Shown here one piece after another: positions 61,864-64,000 of a stretch of 64,000 bases of DNA. The translations under genes were made by a program, and so were the position numbers. The notes beneath the pieces are model-generated. The model had not been told where the DNA came from. It was given only the letters and a program-made list of their open reading frames with translations, and searched no databases. The stretch's first letter is position 1. Each line of letters opens with the position of its first letter. Source of the DNA: Eledone cirrhosa (taxonomy: Eukaryota); the NCBI GenBank assembly GCA_964016885.1, contig OZ024748.1, forward strand, positions 55,862,001-55,926,000, given 5' to 3'.

Positions 61864-62002
61864 CAAAAGGGATATTCAACGTGTTGGTAATTCAACAAAT
61901 ATAAATGTTTATAACTGATTCAAAGCACTCGACAAGTTTTCTGGAGTATAATATTCAATGATATTAAATAAATGGAAACTTTATTTATAAAACCATATTT
62001 AT

Positions 62003-62057
62003 TCTATTATATATATTTCAATGGTACCAACAATTTGGTACGCTCTCATCAGATAAA
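62003..62057 (-). ncRNA. Type I hammerhead ribozyme, family B (element from about 61861)
   Basis: UUUAU-CUGAUGA-GAG C GUACCAA AUUG UUGGUAC C AUU-GAAAUAUAUAUA-AUAGA. Confidence 0.8.
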
Positions 62058-63453
62058 TACAAAGTTTGTTTTATGAATATTGACATAACCAGGTAAGAAT
62101 AATTAACGGTTCAAGTTTTTCCTGGATAGTGAAAGAAAAAAGGAAAGACAAGAAAAGTCAAATATTTCAAATTATGAAGATGAGTATGCAAATGAGGTTG
62201 AGGTATAGGGCTGAAAAAAACTTTATTTTTAGACGCTATGTAAATGTAAATAATTAGGATATATATATGTATGTGTAGGAAGAAGAAAAGGAAGAAAGAA
62301 GTGCTTGTATTTACGATAATTTAAAAAGAATTAACAATTTGTAGGAATGTTTGAATTTGATTCCAGAATTTAAAAATTATTTAGCTATATTATATGTTAT
62401 AATATTGTACATATAATCAATTAGATTATATGAAGAATTATGGTTGTAAGTACATTTTATCGTATTACATTACAACAGGTTGTAAGTATATATATAGAGA
62501 GAGAGAGAGGGATTAATAATTGTGTATGTTTAAGCATTATTGGTGATTTTATAGAAATAGAAATAAATCACAATTATTAGTTGTTTACATTTCTCGTATG
62601 AGTTACGAAGGATGTTGATATTGCATTTTACCTAAAAAAAACACGTAGATCAAGTTGTAAGAGAAGAACACTTTGTAGATTCAAATATTTTGTTCCAACA
62701 TTGAAAATGTTTTCAGAATATTGTTAATTTAGCGAAGCTATATAGTTTATCATACATATTATAATGTTTGTGTGTACGATTGAAAAGGAAAAGATAACTC
62801 GAATCTTGTTTGCTAAACGTTAAATTTGATGAATGATTTACTCAGAAAATATATAGAGAAAATTATATATTATTTTGTGTGAGATTAATTTTTTCAAGGA
62901 TGAGAGTTTCAATTATATATCATTTTAGTCGAAAGATGTGTGGAAGTTTGAAGATCAAAGAAGAGGAAAAAAATATTGTACATTTCGAAGAATTATCGTA
63001 AAGAGGATAACTTTCAGAATGTCAATTAAAGATTATCAATCTACATAAAACAAAAATAGATTTAGAGGAGTATCATTAAGAAAATAATGTCAAATGGTAA
63101 AATTATTAAAATTAAGAAGGAAGATCATTAAAAAAAATTTAAATTTTTAAAGTAATATTCAGTAAATAATAGGAACATTTTAAAGGTGTATAGGATATAG
63201 TCAAGTGTAATGAATATCATGAATTAAAAATACTTCTGAAAGTGGAATTATGGCGATGTCTGCAACTAGAAAATAATTCTGTTTTAAGATTAATTGAGTT
63301 TTGACAGTTAATTATTTAAAACATCTCCTCGACACACAAGTGACAGAATGTTGAGAAAGCCATATTTCGGTATGCAGGTGCTTTCGAAATCGTCCCCCAA
63401 GATATTGAATAATTACATATATATATAAATACATGTGTACTTATCTCCCCATA

Positions 63454-63542
<89 letters not shown>

Positions 63543-63746
63543 TGAGAGAGAGAGAGAGAGAGAGAGTTATATATATATATAATTTGAGGTCAAATACTAA
63601 CCCTTCTACCATCTACAAACTGACCAATGAGAATCAAGACTATTCCTGCTGACAACATTAAATTATTCCTAACAAGCTCATATGTCCCAAGGCTCTGATA
63701 CCATCAACACTATAAACACAGAGCTAGCATATCTAAGAAGTGACTA

Positions 63747-63802
63747 ACTGCCTGATGAGGTCATAGCTATTCAATGGCTATCATCGAAATATATATAGCA
63801 GT
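63747..63802 (+). ncRNA. Type I hammerhead ribozyme, complete (element 63582-63845)
   Basis: ACUGC-CUGAUGA-GGU C AUAGCUA UUCAA UGGCUAU C AUC-GAAAUAUAUAUA-GCAGU; upstream CCAAT and TATAAA motifs. Confidence 0.9.
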
Positions 63803-63840
63803 AAATAAAGGATGAGTTCATGCAATTGACTTATGTTTCG

Positions 63841-63887
<47 letters not shown>

Positions 63888-63890
<3 letters not shown>

Positions 63891-64000
63891 AGGAGTTGTG
63901 GTAAGGAACCAGATGGACCATAACGCACCAGAGTACTCAATACTTAGGGCAGTAGAGTGGGTATAGGAGAAAGTATGACCCCGATGGCAGAGCTCAAGCC
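63888..64000 (-). mobile_element. Family A element cut by the window end
   Basis: Matches 21377-21490. Confidence 0.85.

Noticed and set aside
62190-63300. Possible autonomous PLE or LINE ORF upstream of the family B HHR
   Set aside because: AT-rich with many stops; no RT or GIY-YIG motif recognisable by eye; needs an HMM search.

Overview
AT-rich, microsatellite-saturated eukaryotic (animal) DNA. The SINE repertoire suggests an octopod cephalopod (inference). No intact host protein-coding gene is recognisable, and almost all ORFs in the track are translations of (TA)n, (CA)n, (GA)n or (GAT)n repeats. The window holds about 20 copies or fragments of a tRNA-derived SINE, 3' ends of CRE-like, Dong/R4-like and RTE-like LINEs, Tc1/mariner MITEs and very decayed piggyBac-like remnants. 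The most notable content, found by manual folding, is a dense set of short (150-550 bp) non-coding elements between (TA)n tracts that carry type I hammerhead ribozyme (HHR) motifs (CUGANGA...GAAA-palindromic stem III-NUH). There are about 13 recognisable cores from several sequence-unrelated families, plus variant cores. Many form fold-back inverted repeats whose arm stops just before a shared RCTC-N-GAGY tail hairpin. This fits Penelope-like (PLE)/retrozyme-type retroelements; the shared tail hairpin, stem II mismatch and variant cores may be undescribed. All folds are by eye and untested.
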